64,000 nucleotides of DNA from Terriglobia bacterium (GCA_046706005.1 JBJKPU010000132.1:1-64000), one strand, 5' to 3'. Shown: positions 26,610 through 37,231, counted from the stretch's first letter. The notes: generated from the letters alone by a model not told the origin. A program made the numbers and translations.

Positions 26610-27707
26610 ATGAGACGAAGCTTGAACTTTGAAAAAGTGATGGGTGCTGTTTTGGGAGCCGCATTGATAATTTGCGCGGCGAAGCCGTCGTTGGCGCTGG
26701 CTCCGCAGCAGTCCACTGAGGCCGGCCTTGCTCAGGCGCCCCTTTCTGAAAAACAAGTTATTGATCTGGTGAAACATAACAAGAAGGACCTGGCCAAGGT
26801 CGAACCCGTCCTGAAAGCGCAGGGAGTGGATTTCGAAGTCACGCCTGCGATTGAAAAGGCTCTTCGCAAGGCCGGGGCGACCGATGAGCTGATGGCTGAA
26901 ATTCAGAAGCTCACTCCGTCGGCGCGCGCCTCGGGCACGCCGGGCCAGGCCGCTGCCGCCGTGAATCCCCAGGCGCAGCAGGAGAAAACGGACTTCCAGG
27001 CGCTCGAGCGCGCGACCGATCCTGACCAGGCCATTAAGCTGGCCACGGCCTTCGAACAGAAGTATCCCAACAGTCCTTTCATGAGCTTCGTTTATTCCTT
27101 TGAGGCGAACGCTTATCAGCAGAAGAACGACGCGGCCCACACGGTGGAATATGCCGAGAAGAGCCTGCAGCTCAGACCCAATAACCTCTTAAGTCTGATG
27201 ATTGCTTCCTCAATCCTCCCGACGCCGCAGATCGTCGAGAATCTGAGTGACGCCGACAAGGCAAAGAAACTCGATGAGGCCGAAGCGGACGCCAACCGGG
27301 CGCTGCAGATCATCAACCAGTTGCCGCAACTGCCCAAAGAGACCGATGCAGCCTACCAGGCGCGCAAGAAGGCCGTTTCCAGCGGCGTCTATTCCGCCCT
27401 GGGAATGGTTCATCTGGAGCGGGCGGAAATGGGCCTGGAAGGTCCCGATGCGGCTGAGCTGGCGAAAGCCCAGCAGGATTACACGACGGCGGTCCAGAAC
27501 GCGCCCAAGCCCAATGCCGCGGATTATTACCGCCTGGCTGAAGTTTACACGAGCCTGGGCAAGGTGGACGAGGCCATTGACGCATACAACAAGGCCAGCG
27601 CCGCCTCACCGCCGGGTTCGCCGATTCCTTCGATGGCACAGCAGCAGATCCAGGAACTTAAAAAGAACAAGCCGGCCGCCGGCGCCCCGGCCCCGGCCAA
27701 GCCCTAA
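26610..27707 (+). CDS. secreted TPR-repeat protein
   Basis: Signal peptide. Multiple TPR-like helices. Low-complexity Pro/Ala tail. Confidence 0.55.
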   Translation: MRRSLNFEKVMGAVLGAALIICAAKPSLALAPQQSTEAGLAQAPLSEKQVIDLVKHNKKDLAKVEPVLKAQGVDFEVTPAIEKALRKAGATDELMAEIQKLTPSARASGTPGQAAAAVNPQAQQEKTDFQALERATDPDQAIKLATAFEQKYPNSPFMSFVYSFEANAYQQKNDAAHTVEYAEKSLQLRPNNLLSLMIASSILPTPQIVENLSDADKAKKLDEAEADANRALQIINQLPQLPKETDAAYQARKKAVSSGVYSALGMVHLERAEMGLEGPDAAELAKAQQDYTTAVQNAPKPNAADYYRLAEVYTSLGKVDEAIDAYNKASAASPPGSPIPSMAQQQIQELKKNKPAAGAPAPAKP

Positions 27708-27788
27708 GAGGTCATTAGCAACAGTTTCCGGCCCGTTTGTGCCGCGGAGGCCCGGGCCGGACGGCCTCGCGTTTTCCATCCGACCAGC

Positions 27789-28496
27789 ATGGCTTCAGAT
27801 CTCTTCCGCGACCTGGAAACCCGAATCGGTTACAATTTCAAGAGTCAGCCCTTGCTGAATGAAGCCTTATCCCATTCCTCCTCCGTCCAGGAAGGATCCG
27901 GGCAGGGAAGGGATAACGAGCTTCTGGAATTTCTGGGTGATGCGGTGCTCAATTTTTGTGTGACGGATCGGTTGTTCCGCGATTTTCCGGATTCGGATGA
28001 AGGCCGGCTCTCGCTTTCGCGAGCCAGTCTGGTCTCCGCCAGCCACCTCAAGGAAGTCGCAGTGAAGCTCGACCTGGGAAGCTTTCTGCGGTTGGGGCCG
28101 GCGGAAGAGAGGACGGGCGGCCGCCGCAAAACCAATATCCTGGCGGACGCGGTGGAAGCGCTGCTTGGGGCCGTTTATCTGGATGGCGGCTCGGAGGCGG
28201 CGCGGCGCTTTGTGGAGAATTTCGTGATTCCGCAAAATCTGGCTCTCACCATGAACGATTTTCTCTCGCGCAATCACAAAGGCGCGCTTCAGGAATTTCT
28301 GCAGTCGCGGGGCGGCGGACCGGCGGAATACCGCGTCGTCCGGGAGACCGGCCTGGAGCATCAGAAAGTATTCACGGTCGAGGTGCGAAACGGCAGTTCC
28401 TCCATGGCCTCGGGCGAGGGCACCAGCAAAAAAGCTGCTGAGCAGCAGGCTGCCAAGAACGCTCTGGAAGGCCTGCTCAAGGAGCGGAAATCGTGA
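27789..28496 (+). CDS. rnc: ribonuclease III
   Basis: RNase III signature ERLEFLGDAVL and a dsRBD C-terminus. Confidence 0.9.
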   Translation: MASDLFRDLETRIGYNFKSQPLLNEALSHSSSVQEGSGQGRDNELLEFLGDAVLNFCVTDRLFRDFPDSDEGRLSLSRASLVSASHLKEVAVKLDLGSFLRLGPAEERTGGRRKTNILADAVEALLGAVYLDGGSEAARRFVENFVIPQNLALTMNDFLSRNHKGALQEFLQSRGGGPAEYRVVRETGLEHQKVFTVEVRNGSSSMASGEGTSKKAAEQQAAKNALEGLLKERKS

Positions 28497-29257
28497 GTGA
28501 GCCTGCCAAAAAATCACCGACCCGCGACTTTTTCGAGTCGCTGGTGGTCACGGTGATCCTCGCCATTTTCGGCACCACCTTCGTGATTCAGGCGTTCAAA
28601 ATTCCCACCGGCTCCATGGAAGATACGCTGCTCATCGGCGACCACCTTCTGGTGAACAAATTCATTTTCGGGTATCCCAAGGGTCCGCTTGCCGCGATTC
28701 TTCCTTATCGTCCGATTCGCCGCGATGACGTCCTGGTCTTCAAATTTCCCGGCCCTCCGGAAGAAGCTCAGGAGCCCGGCGAGCACTTCGTGAAGCGCGT
28801 CATCGGCCTGCCCGGCGATCACATCCGGATTCAGGACCGCCACGTTTATGTCAACGGAAAGCTCGTCTCCGAGCCGTTCGTGCGCAACTCTTATCCCGGC
28901 CAGATCCGGCCCGGCGACAATTTCCCTCCGCCGGATTCCGAAGTCATCAACGGTTCCACCACGGAATGGAGCATGAAGCTTCCAAACTACGTCAAGAACG
29001 GCGAGCTCGTCGTGCCGCCCAACGAATTTTTCGTCATGGGCGATAACCGCGAGGAAAGCTGGGACAGCCGCTTCTGGGGATTTGTTCCGCGCAAGCTGAT
29101 TTCGGGTCGCCCGTTGTTCGTCTATTGGTCCTTCCAGACGCCTTCCGATCAGTACACCGAAACGTCCTTCGGCGACCGAATGAAGCAGTGGGGCAGCCTG
29201 CTGATTCACTTCTTTACCAGGACTCGCTGGCGAAGAACGTTTAAACTGATAAGGTGA
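28493..29257 (+). CDS. lepB: signal peptidase I
   Basis: SPase I motifs (GSMEDTL, KRVIGLPGD, GDNR). GTG start overlapping the rnc stop. Confidence 0.9.
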   Translation: MSEPAKKSPTRDFFESLVVTVILAIFGTTFVIQAFKIPTGSMEDTLLIGDHLLVNKFIFGYPKGPLAAILPYRPIRRDDVLVFKFPGPPEEAQEPGEHFVKRVIGLPGDHIRIQDRHVYVNGKLVSEPFVRNSYPGQIRPGDNFPPPDSEVINGSTTEWSMKLPNYVKNGELVVPPNEFFVMGDNREESWDSRFWGFVPRKLISGRPLFVYWSFQTPSDQYTETSFGDRMKQWGSLLIHFFTRTRWRRTFKLIR

Positions 29258-31884
29258 TGAACCATCGAGGACGCCGGTACGCACGGAATCTTCTCATCGC
29301 CGTGGGGCTGCTGGCGGCGGCCGGATGGCTCGCGCCGCACTTCTTCGGAGCCGAGGGTTACCGTCTCCGCCTCCGCGCCGCGCTCGAGCGCGCCCTGGGC
29401 CGCCCGGTAACATTTGGCGGCATCTCTCTCCATCTCCTTCCTCATCCCGGATTCACCGTGCAGGACGTCGTGGTCGGCGAGCTTCCGGACTTCGGCTCGG
29501 AGCCCTTCGGCAGGGCCGCCAGCCTCGATTGCAACCTTCGCTGGCGAAGCCTGTGGCACACGCGCCTCAGCATCTCCAGCCTTACCCTGGAAGACGTCAG
29601 CCTGAACCTGGTGCGCGACAAAAAAGGACAGTGGAATATCGAGGGCATGATGGTCCGGAGCGGCGGCAAGGCCGCCGGCGGCACGGCCGGCAGCGCCACG
29701 GGCGGTTCCGGCGAAAAGCCCCTGGGACTCGATGTTCTGGTGAAGAATGCGCGGCTGAATTTCAAGATCGGCGAAGACAAAAAGCCCTTCGCCATCACGA
29801 ATGTCGCGGGCAGCGTCCACATTGATCTGGAACCTAACCGCATTCGCTTTCACCTTTCGGGCAGCCCGGTCCGGACCGACCTTTCTTATCCCGGTCCCGG
29901 AACGGTCAGTCTCGCGGGCAACTGGACGCCCGGCGCAAATTCCGGCGGCAAGCTGGATGCCGAGCTTCGCGCCAACGGCACGCTCCTCTATGACTGGATA
30001 CCGCTCGTCAACGGCTCGAACCCCGGCGTTTACGGCATCTTGGATTCGCAGATTCACCTGACCGGCTCCTTGCGAGATCCTCAATTCGAGGGTGAAGCCC
30101 GCCTGTCGCAGTTGCATCGCTGGGAGCAGCTTCCGCCCACTTCTCCTATGCCCTGCGTTTTTCATTTCCGCGGTGATTTCAATCGCGACGCGGGCCGGTT
30201 GAGAATCGCCAGCCTGGATCTGGCCTTCGGCGGTTCCCAGATTCACCTGGCTGGAACGGTCAGCCGGATTCCCGCAGAGAATCACCTCGACCTGGTTCTG
30301 GGCATTGAGCGTTCCCAACTGCACGACCTGGAAGCACTTTATCGCCATCTGAGCGGCCGCGAAACCAGGACGGACGTTTCCGGCCGCATTGACGGCATGC
30401 TGACGGTTCAGGGCGCGTGGAGAGACGCGCGTTACGGAGGCTTTGTCTCCGCCCACGAAGTGAATCTGGCAACGCCGCTGGGAACCTTTCCCGTGTCGGG
30501 AATCGCGCTCAGAATCATGGGCCACCGGGCTTCGCTCGCTCCGGTCAGGGTCCAGCTTGCGCCCCATGTCGAAGTTGTGGCGGAGGGACTGCTGGAACTG
30601 CATCCTCCCGTCGAGGAGAAATCCCGCCATCCCGGTTCTCTGACCTACGGATTGACGCTCAAAGCCACCGCCGTCCCGCTGCATGAACTGATCCGGTTCG
30701 CGCAGGGAATCGGCGTCCGGGACACCCGCAACCTGGACGGTCGCGGCGTGGCGTCTTTAAGTCTTCATCTTTCGGGAGACGCATGGCCCTCCTCGCGTCC
30801 CTTTGTCTCGGCGCGTGCCTCGCTTGAAAGAGGCCGGTTGCTTCTTCCAGGGCTCACGGAACCCGTCAACGTCCCGCGGGCCCGCTTGCGCGTCGAAGGT
30901 TCCAGAATCACTGTTTCTCCCATCGTGGCCGTGCTGGGAACCAGCGTCTTTTCCGGGCGCATTGAGCATGAGGGCCGCCGCGAGCAACCCTGGCGATTCA
31001 ATCTGACGGCCGACCACCTGGATATCGGCCAGGGCTCGGCGTGGTTCGATGTTCTGGGCGAGCGGCAGCCGGCGCCGCTTTTGCAGCATCTTCCCGGCAT
31101 CAGCTCGTTCATCGAGCGGCGGCAGGCGGCAACCACCCTCTTTGACCGCTTGAACGCGCGGGGCCGTTTCTCGGCTGCGGCGGTCACCTATCGCGCGCTG
31201 ACGCTTCACCATTTTTCAGCTGCTGTTCTGGTTCAGGACAGGCTGATCCAGATCAAATCCGCGGCCTTTCGCGCCGGCGGCGGGCGTGGTTCGGGCGAAG
31301 CCTCCATCGATCTCGAAAAGCATCCGGCGCTTCTCAAGGCGGATCTTTCTCTTCAGGACGCGCGGGTCGGGGCGCTGGCTTCGGTTCTGCCTGCAAACCT
31401 GCAACAGGCGCGGGGCCTCTATTCAGCGCACGGCCGGTTTCAGTCGCGCGGGCTGAGCCGCTCGGAAATCGCCGCCAATTTGAGCGGCGCGGCGACCCTG
31501 CAATTGCGAAGGATTGCATTGGGCCGTTTTGATTTGCTGGGCGAAGTGGCGAAGCAGGCCGGCGTGGAGAGCTTCGAAGCTTCAGGCGCTTCCTCCGCCA
31601 TCGAGTCCGGAACGGCCCGGCTCACCGTCGCCAACCGTCAGGTCGAGTTGCAGCAGGGCATGCTGAATCTGGGGGCGGTCAGCCTGGCGCTGAACGGAAC
31701 CTATGGATTCGACGGCCGTGTTCATCTCAGCCTTCTGGCCGGCCGGCGCGGCTTTATTCGCCCCTGGGCGGCAGGCGGCAGGATTGATTTCAACGGCCCC
31801 CGCCTGGCAAATTTGGATCTGACGGGAACGTTTGATCATTTGGCGCCCAGCCCGCGGCCGCGCGCGCTCCATGTTCAGCGGTGA
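29254..31884 (+). CDS. AsmA-family outer-membrane biogenesis protein
   Basis: N-terminal anchor and long AsmA-like beta-rich body. Overlaps the lepB stop. Confidence 0.7.
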   Translation: MMNHRGRRYARNLLIAVGLLAAAGWLAPHFFGAEGYRLRLRAALERALGRPVTFGGISLHLLPHPGFTVQDVVVGELPDFGSEPFGRAASLDCNLRWRSLWHTRLSISSLTLEDVSLNLVRDKKGQWNIEGMMVRSGGKAAGGTAGSATGGSGEKPLGLDVLVKNARLNFKIGEDKKPFAITNVAGSVHIDLEPNRIRFHLSGSPVRTDLSYPGPGTVSLAGNWTPGANSGGKLDAELRANGTLLYDWIPLVNGSNPGVYGILDSQIHLTGSLRDPQFEGEARLSQLHRWEQLPPTSPMPCVFHFRGDFNRDAGRLRIASLDLAFGGSQIHLAGTVSRIPAENHLDLVLGIERSQLHDLEALYRHLSGRETRTDVSGRIDGMLTVQGAWRDARYGGFVSAHEVNLATPLGTFPVSGIALRIMGHRASLAPVRVQLAPHVEVVAEGLLELHPPVEEKSRHPGSLTYGLTLKATAVPLHELIRFAQGIGVRDTRNLDGRGVASLSLHLSGDAWPSSRPFVSARASLERGRLLLPGLTEPVNVPRARLRVEGSRITVSPIVAVLGTSVFSGRIEHEGRREQPWRFNLTADHLDIGQGSAWFDVLGERQPAPLLQHLPGISSFIERRQAATTLFDRLNARGRFSAAAVTYRALTLHHFSAAVLVQDRLIQIKSAAFRAGGGRGSGEASIDLEKHPALLKADLSLQDARVGALASVLPANLQQARGLYSAHGRFQSRGLSRSEIAANLSGAATLQLRRIALGRFDLLGEVAKQAGVESFEASGASSAIESGTARLTVANRQVELQQGMLNLGAVSLALNGTYGFDGRVHLSLLAGRRGFIRPWAAGGRIDFNGPRLANLDLTGTFDHLAPSPRPRALHVQR

Positions 31885-32582
31885 AGGAAAGGGAAGGAAG
31901 CACATTGAAATCTCCAGCACCCGATCGGCAGCATCCGCGTCGCTTTCCCTCTGCCGGGACGGCGGGGATGATTGTGTTTCTCGTCCTGGTTTCGACGCTT
32001 TCCTTTTCGAAACCCACGGAGACTTCCTCCGCCGGCATCGCTCCGCATCTGACCGTCGCCCAGGCCAACACTCTTGCCGAAAAGCTTCAGCAGCTTTCTT
32101 CTCCTTCGCTGCCTTCAATCGGGAAGCCCAAGCCGGTCGTGATTACGGATTCTGAAGCCAACTCTTATCTCCGCTTTCGCGGCAGCGAGTTTCTGCCGCA
32201 CGGCGTATCGGACACCGTCCTTCACATCGAGCCGAAGGGAATCTATGGCACGGCGCTGGTGGATTTCAAAGCGCTGAATCTGGGTCCGCATCAGAACGAC
32301 ATGGGCGCAAAACTGCTCCAGATGATTTTTCAAGGAACGCAGCGCGTCTCCGCCTTCGGCAAACTCTCCAGCGGCGACGGCAAGGCGACTCTGGCCATCG
32401 AAAACGTCAAAGTGGGAAAAACTCAGTTGAACGATTGGCTGGTGAACTGGCTGCTTCAGTATTACCTGCAATCCAATTTCAAGATTGACCTCAGCAAGCC
32501 GCTGCCGCTTCCCAACCACGTCTCCCGCATCGTCCTTCGCTCCGGCCAGGCGACCGTGATGCGCTCCGCCGCCAAACGGTGA
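31881..32582 (+). CDS. hypothetical membrane-anchored protein
   Basis: Start overlaps the asmA stop. TM MIVFLVLVSTLSF. No recognised domain. Confidence 0.4.
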   Translation: MKEREGSTLKSPAPDRQHPRRFPSAGTAGMIVFLVLVSTLSFSKPTETSSAGIAPHLTVAQANTLAEKLQQLSSPSLPSIGKPKPVVITDSEANSYLRFRGSEFLPHGVSDTVLHIEPKGIYGTALVDFKALNLGPHQNDMGAKLLQMIFQGTQRVSAFGKLSSGDGKATLAIENVKVGKTQLNDWLVNWLLQYYLQSNFKIDLSKPLPLPNHVSRIVLRSGQATVMRSAAKR

Positions 32583-32697
32583 AGGCCGACCTGCTCCGGC
32601 AATTTCTTTGGAAACCGGAGTCCCGCCTTTGCTACGCTATGGGTAAGGCGCCTCGTGTGCGCCCAAAGCCTGAAAGGAATCTTTAGGACGGTGAGCG

Positions 32698-33936
32698 ATG
32701 CAGCACTCGGGACAACTGCTGTTTGAGCTCTTCCTGATGTTCGGCGCCGGAAAGCTTCTGGCGGAAATCTTTGAGCGGCTTCGACAGCCCGGCGTTCTGG
32801 GCGAACTCATTGCCGGCGTCGTCATCGGACCCTCCGTCCTCGCCCTGGTTCATCCCAACGATCTTCTGATGGGCATTGCGGAAATGGGAGCCATCTTTCT
32901 GCTCTTTTCCGTGGGCCTGGAAACCAGCCCCGGCGATCTTCTGGAAGTCGGCTGGACGGCGATGCTGGTGGCGATCATCGGCGTCATCATCCCCTTTGTT
33001 TTCGGCTTCTTCTTCATCCGCACCACCGCGCACAACAACGTTGAAGCCATCTTCGTAGGCGCGGCCATGGTGGCAACCAGCGTTGGCATCACGGCGCGCG
33101 TGCTTTCCGATTTGGGCGTGCTCGCCGCCCGCGCTTCGCGAGTCATTCTGGCGGCAGCCGTGCTCGATGATATTCTCGGCCTTCTGGTTCTCGCCGTCGT
33201 CAGCAGCATTTCAACCGGCAAAATCAGTTATACGCAGCTCGCCATTGTGGCCGGGGAAGCCGTGGCGCTGGCGCTGGTCATGATCTTCTTCGCTTCCCGC
33301 ATCATCGGTCACTTTCACGTTCACGTCGCCAAATTGCGCGCCCGCAATTCCGCTTTTATTCTTGCCGTCCTGCTGTGCCTCGGCCTCTCGCTCGCTTCCG
33401 TCAAGATCGGCATGGCGGCCATCGTCGGCGCGTTTCTCGCCGGCCTCGCTCTGGCCGACCACAGCGAGCACTGGCAGTTGCGCGAAAATTTCCATCCTCT
33501 CAGTGAATTTCTCGCGCCCTTTTTCTTCGTGATGCTCGGCGTGCAGGTGGACGTTCACACGTTCGTCAAGCCCGGACTGATTTACATCGCCACGGTCATC
33601 TGCGTCCTGGCCATCATCGGCAAGCTGATCGGCTGCGGCCTGGGCTCGATTCATCTGGGCTTCAAGGACGCGCTGCGCATCGGAGTCGGCATGGTGCCCC
33701 GCGGTGAAGTCGGCCTCATCGTCGCCGGCGTCGGCCTGACGCTCCATACCATTTCGCAGGGCATCTACGCCGTGGTTCTGCTGATGAGCATCGTCACCAC
33801 TCTGATTCCGCCGCCGTTTATCCGGTGGATTTTTCCCCACCCGCCGCCCGTGCCTTTCGCCGGCATTCCCGCCGCAGCCGATTCCGAAGCGCCGGGCGAT
33901 TCCGCCCCGTCAGATTTCGTTCCGCCTTCGGAGTAG
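32698..33936 (+). CDS. cation:proton antiporter (CPA family Na+/H+ or K+/H+ exchanger)
   Basis: About 12 TM segments with a Kef/NhaP-like pattern (GELIAGVVIGPSVLAL; FLLFSVGLE). Confidence 0.85.
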   Translation: MQHSGQLLFELFLMFGAGKLLAEIFERLRQPGVLGELIAGVVIGPSVLALVHPNDLLMGIAEMGAIFLLFSVGLETSPGDLLEVGWTAMLVAIIGVIIPFVFGFFFIRTTAHNNVEAIFVGAAMVATSVGITARVLSDLGVLAARASRVILAAAVLDDILGLLVLAVVSSISTGKISYTQLAIVAGEAVALALVMIFFASRIIGHFHVHVAKLRARNSAFILAVLLCLGLSLASVKIGMAAIVGAFLAGLALADHSEHWQLRENFHPLSEFLAPFFFVMLGVQVDVHTFVKPGLIYIATVICVLAIIGKLIGCGLGSIHLGFKDALRIGVGMVPRGEVGLIVAGVGLTLHTISQGIYAVVLLMSIVTTLIPPPFIRWIFPHPPPVPFAGIPAAADSEAPGDSAPSDFVPPSE

Positions 33937-34058
33937 CAATCTCGGTGAATCACGCCACGCTTGCCTGCGCTGAATGGTCCGTCCCGATTTTTCATTTGCC
34001 AGCCGTTTCGCCCTGGCCTATCCTTGGCCTCGTGAATCAGCGAAATGAGGAACTATCG

Positions 34059-36179
34059 ATGACCGCAGTTCGCCGCGCCGCATTTCTTGCCCTTGCCACA
34101 ATTTTCGCGGCCGCACTTGTCCAGGCTCAGCAGAAGCCGTTCACGCTCCAGCAGGTGATGAGCGCGCCGTTCCCGTACGACCTGACCGCCGCTCCCGCCG
34201 GTGGCCGCGTGGCCTGGGTGTTCAACGCCGCGGGCGCGCGCAACATCTGGATCGCCGAACCTTCCACATCCGGCGCCGGCGGTTTCGTCGCCAAGCAGTT
34301 GACTCATTACACCGGCGACGACGGTCAGGACGTGGGCCAGATCAGTTGGGCGCACGACGGCAAAACGCTTGTCTATACGCGCGGCGGCGATTTCGATTTT
34401 CCCGACAAGCCTTATCCCAATCCCTCGGCCGACGTGCAGGGCGTCGAGCAGGATATCTGGGCGGTTTCAATTCAGGGTGGCGCGCCCGTGAAAATCGCCG
34501 AAGGACATTCCGCGGCGGTCTGGCCTGCAGGCAACTATGTCGCCTACGTTTACAAGGACCAGATCTGGTATGCCAGCCTCGACGGCAGCGGGAAGCCCCG
34601 CCAGTTGATTCACGATATCGGCAAGGCGCGTCAGTTGCGATGGTCGCCCGACGGTTCCGCGCTCGCTTTCGTCAGCCATCGCGGCAATCACAACCTGATC
34701 GCCGTTTATTATCTCAATGCGGAGCGTCTCGTCTTTCTCGATCCCGGCGTTGATTACGACATGGATCCCACCTGGTCGCCCGATGGCAGCCGCATCGCTT
34801 TCGTGCGCGTGCCCGCCGCTTCCTACCGGCAGTTGGATATTGATGTCTTCCCGCATCGCAGCGGCCAGCCGTGGTCCATTGATGTGGCGGATGCTTCCAC
34901 CGGCAAAGGCCGTGCTGTTTGGACGGCCGACCCCGGGCAGGGAAGCGTTTTTCGCGGCATTGCCGAGCCCAACGATATTTTCTGGGCGGCGCACAATCTG
35001 ATTATTTTTCCCTGGGAAAAAGACGGCTGGCTGCATCTTTATTCTGTTTCCGCCGATGGCGGCCACGCGCATTTGCTCACGCCCGGCTCGTTCGTCGTCG
35101 AAAACGTTTCCCTCACTCCCGACCGCCGCGAACTGTTTTTCAATTCCAATCAGAATGACATTGACCGCCGCCACATCTGGAAGGAAGCAGTCACCGCTTC
35201 GCATCCCGTGGCCGTTACGGAAGGCAAAGGAATCGAATGGTCGCCCGTCATGCCCGGCGGTTCGATGGCGCTTTTCATTCTGCATTCGGATGCGCGCCGG
35301 CCGGGCTGGCCCGCCGTGATTGACGCATCCGGCAAGGTGGAGGATCTTGCTCGCGCCGTCATGCCCGCCGATTTTCCCGCCGCCGATCTGGTCGTTCCCA
35401 AGCAGGTGATTTTCGCCGCGCCTGACGGCCTCAAGATCCACGGCCAGCTTTTTCTGCCGCGCAACGCTGAAAACGGCAAGCGGCATGCGGCCATTGTTTT
35501 CTTTCACGGAGGCTCGCGGCGCCAGATGCTCCTCGGCTGGCACATGATGGATTACTACTCGAACGCCTACGCGCTCAATCAGTATTTCGCGAGCCGCGGC
35601 TTCGTCGTGCTCTCGGTCAATTACCGCAGCGGCATCGGCTACGGACTCGATTTCCGCGAGGCGCTCAAGTTCGGCGCCACCGGCGCAAGTGAATACAATG
35701 ACGTTCGCGCCGCGGCGCTTTTTCTGCGCACTCGCTCCGATGTTGACGCGAAGCGCATCGGCTGCTGGGGCGGTTCGTATGGCGGATATCTGACGGCGCT
35801 GGCTCTCGCGCGTTCCTCCGATCTCTACGCCGCCGGAGTGGATATGGCCGGCGTCCACGACTGGAACAACGAATTTCCTCTCTGGGTCGAGGGCTACGAT
35901 CCCGCGCTCGAAAAAGCGCGCGCCCGCCTCGCCTTTGAATCTTCTCCGCTCGCTTTCATCAAAACCTGGCGCTCGCCGGTTCTGCTGATTCAGGGCGACG
36001 ATGACCGCGACGTGCCTTTTGAGGAAACCGTTCAGATGACCGAGGCTCTGCGCCGCCAGGGCGTGGATTTCAAGCTGCTCGTCATTCCCGATGAGGTTCA
36101 CGTTCTGCTTCGCCACGCCAGTTGGCTCGAAGCCTATCGCGCCGCTGCCGCCTTTTTCGCTCAGCATCTGGGGCAGTGA
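34059..36179 (+). CDS. S9-family serine peptidase (prolyl oligopeptidase/acylaminoacyl-peptidase-like) with N-terminal TolB-like beta-propeller, secreted
   Basis: ATG at 34059 after TGAGGAA. Signal peptide. GGSYGG nucleophile elbow. Asp/His of the triad near the C-terminus. The longer table ORF overlaps the antiporter and is rejected. Confidence 0.85.
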   Translation: MTAVRRAAFLALATIFAAALVQAQQKPFTLQQVMSAPFPYDLTAAPAGGRVAWVFNAAGARNIWIAEPSTSGAGGFVAKQLTHYTGDDGQDVGQISWAHDGKTLVYTRGGDFDFPDKPYPNPSADVQGVEQDIWAVSIQGGAPVKIAEGHSAAVWPAGNYVAYVYKDQIWYASLDGSGKPRQLIHDIGKARQLRWSPDGSALAFVSHRGNHNLIAVYYLNAERLVFLDPGVDYDMDPTWSPDGSRIAFVRVPAASYRQLDIDVFPHRSGQPWSIDVADASTGKGRAVWTADPGQGSVFRGIAEPNDIFWAAHNLIIFPWEKDGWLHLYSVSADGGHAHLLTPGSFVVENVSLTPDRRELFFNSNQNDIDRRHIWKEAVTASHPVAVTEGKGIEWSPVMPGGSMALFILHSDARRPGWPAVIDASGKVEDLARAVMPADFPAADLVVPKQVIFAAPDGLKIHGQLFLPRNAENGKRHAAIVFFHGGSRRQMLLGWHMMDYYSNAYALNQYFASRGFVVLSVNYRSGIGYGLDFREALKFGATGASEYNDVRAAALFLRTRSDVDAKRIGCWGGSYGGYLTALALARSSDLYAAGVDMAGVHDWNNEFPLWVEGYDPALEKARARLAFESSPLAFIKTWRSPVLLIQGDDDRDVPFEETVQMTEALRRQGVDFKLLVIPDEVHVLLRHASWLEAYRAAAAFFAQHLGQ

Positions 36180-36218
36180 GTTGCGTGCCCATGGCGAGCT
36201 GGCATTAAGGGGCCCTGC

Positions 36219-36247
36219 TTGACCTGCCTCGCTAATTAGTGTATATA
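36219..36247 (+). promoter_or_regulatory. brnTA promoter TTGACC-N17-TATATA; predicted leaderless brnT mRNA
   Basis: TTGACC at 36219-24 and TATATA at 36242-47. The ATG at 36255 is 8 nt after the -10. Confidence 0.4.
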
Positions 36248-36254
36248 CATAAAT

Positions 36255-36545
36255 ATGTTCTCCTGGGACGCTGCGAAGGCCCTGAGGAACTTGGAAAAGC
36301 ATGGCGTCCCTTTCGAGGAGGCAGCGACGGTTTTTGTCGATGCGGAGGCGCTGGATTGGGAGGACCTGGAGCACGGTGATCTGGAGCGCCGGTGGAAGCG
36401 TTTGGGGCGCGCCGCCCGTGGCCGCGTGCTCCTGGTTGTCTATACGTTAAGGAAGGTGAAGAATGGCACGGAAACGATACGCATTATCAGCGCGCGGCAA
36501 GCGAGCCGTAAAGAGCGCAAGGCTTATGCCGGACAGCAGGATTGA
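36255..36545 (+). CDS. brnT: BrnT-like (DUF497) type II toxin
   Basis: MFSWDAAKALRNLEKHGVPFEEAATVF matches the BrnT family start. Confidence 0.8.
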   Translation: MFSWDAAKALRNLEKHGVPFEEAATVFVDAEALDWEDLEHGDLERRWKRLGRAARGRVLLVVYTLRKVKNGTETIRIISARQASRKERKAYAGQQD

Positions 36546-36756
36546 TTTTTCCGACATTCCGGAAACGACGGACGCGGAACTCAAGCGCGCCCGGCGCGTG
36601 GGCCGGCCGAAAACCGGAGAGGCCAAGCAGTTGATTGCCATTCGAATCGCTCCGCGGTTGCTCGCCGAGTTGCGCCGCCAGGCGGCTAAACAATCAAAAC
36701 CCTACCAGACCCTGATTCACGAATTGCTGGAAAAGGCCGCCCGCCGCGCGGCATGA
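36527..36756 (+). CDS. brnA: BrnA-like antitoxin
   Basis: Overlaps the brnT 3' end. Typical BrnA motifs (IDFSDIPE...RxGRPK...KxxIxIRLxxxxLxxxK). Confidence 0.75.
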
Positions 36757-36767
36757 CGGTCGCACTT

Positions 36768-36861
36768 GTAGCGCAGGGTTTGTGCATTTCAAACTCTGCG
36801 GTTCGTTCCGGGATGACGGGGAAAAGACCGCAGAGTTTTCAGGAAGGAAACTCTGCGCTAC
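36768..36861. repeat. structured repeat, copy 1 (GTAGCGCAG...CTGCGCTAC termini, two internal hairpins)
   Basis: Hairpin CGCAGGGTTTG-TGCATTT-CAAACTCTGCG, then GCAGAGTTTTC-AGGAAG-GAAACTCTGC. Terminal inverted repeats. Starts 12 nt after the brnA stop. Confidence 0.7.
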
Positions 36862-36871
36862 ACGCTAAGTG

Positions 36872-37231
36872 TCAGCCGGATTTCACATCTTCGAACCCGC
36901 ACGAGGTCAGAAGGGCCCGGCGGACCTCGGACCATTTTGAATCAGGCAGAGTGCAAAGCGGCGATCCGATGCGATCGCGCCGGGCAAGAGATAAATGGTC
37001 GGAATTGAGAGCGCATACGACCGGCATTCCATCGTCCGGCGAAAGAGCCACCGCAGTCGCCAGGCCGCGGATGGTCCGTGTTACCGGGACTACGATGACC
37101 TCGTTGAGATGGTCCATGACTTCGTTGCGGGTCAGGATAAGGACTGGGCGGCGTTTATCGGGAAGCCGAAACGTGTACCAGCGAATCTCGCCACGCTTCA
37201 AGCGATCCCCTCCCAACCGCCGGAGTCCCAC
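36872..37231 (-). CDS. MazF/PemK-family toxin (endoribonuclease-type)
   Basis: LKRGEIRWYTFRLPDKRRPVLILTRNEV...VIVVPVT resembles the PemK/MazF fold. Confidence 0.7.
   Translation of the reverse strand: MGLRRLGGDRLKRGEIRWYTFRLPDKRRPVLILTRNEVMDHLNEVIVVPVTRTIRGLATAVALSPDDGMPVVCALNSDHLSLARRDRIGSPLCTLPDSKWSEVRRALLTSCGFEDVKSG

Noticed and set aside
29206-30684. 492-aa minus-strand ORF
   Set aside because: Antisense of asmA. R/G-rich.
33825-34058. 5' extension of the S9 peptidase ORF
   Set aside because: Would overlap the antiporter C-terminus by 110 nt. The ATG at 34059 has an RBS and is followed by a signal peptide.
34467-36374. 635-aa minus-strand ORF
   Set aside because: Antisense of the S9 peptidase gene, which has the GGSYGG catalytic motif.
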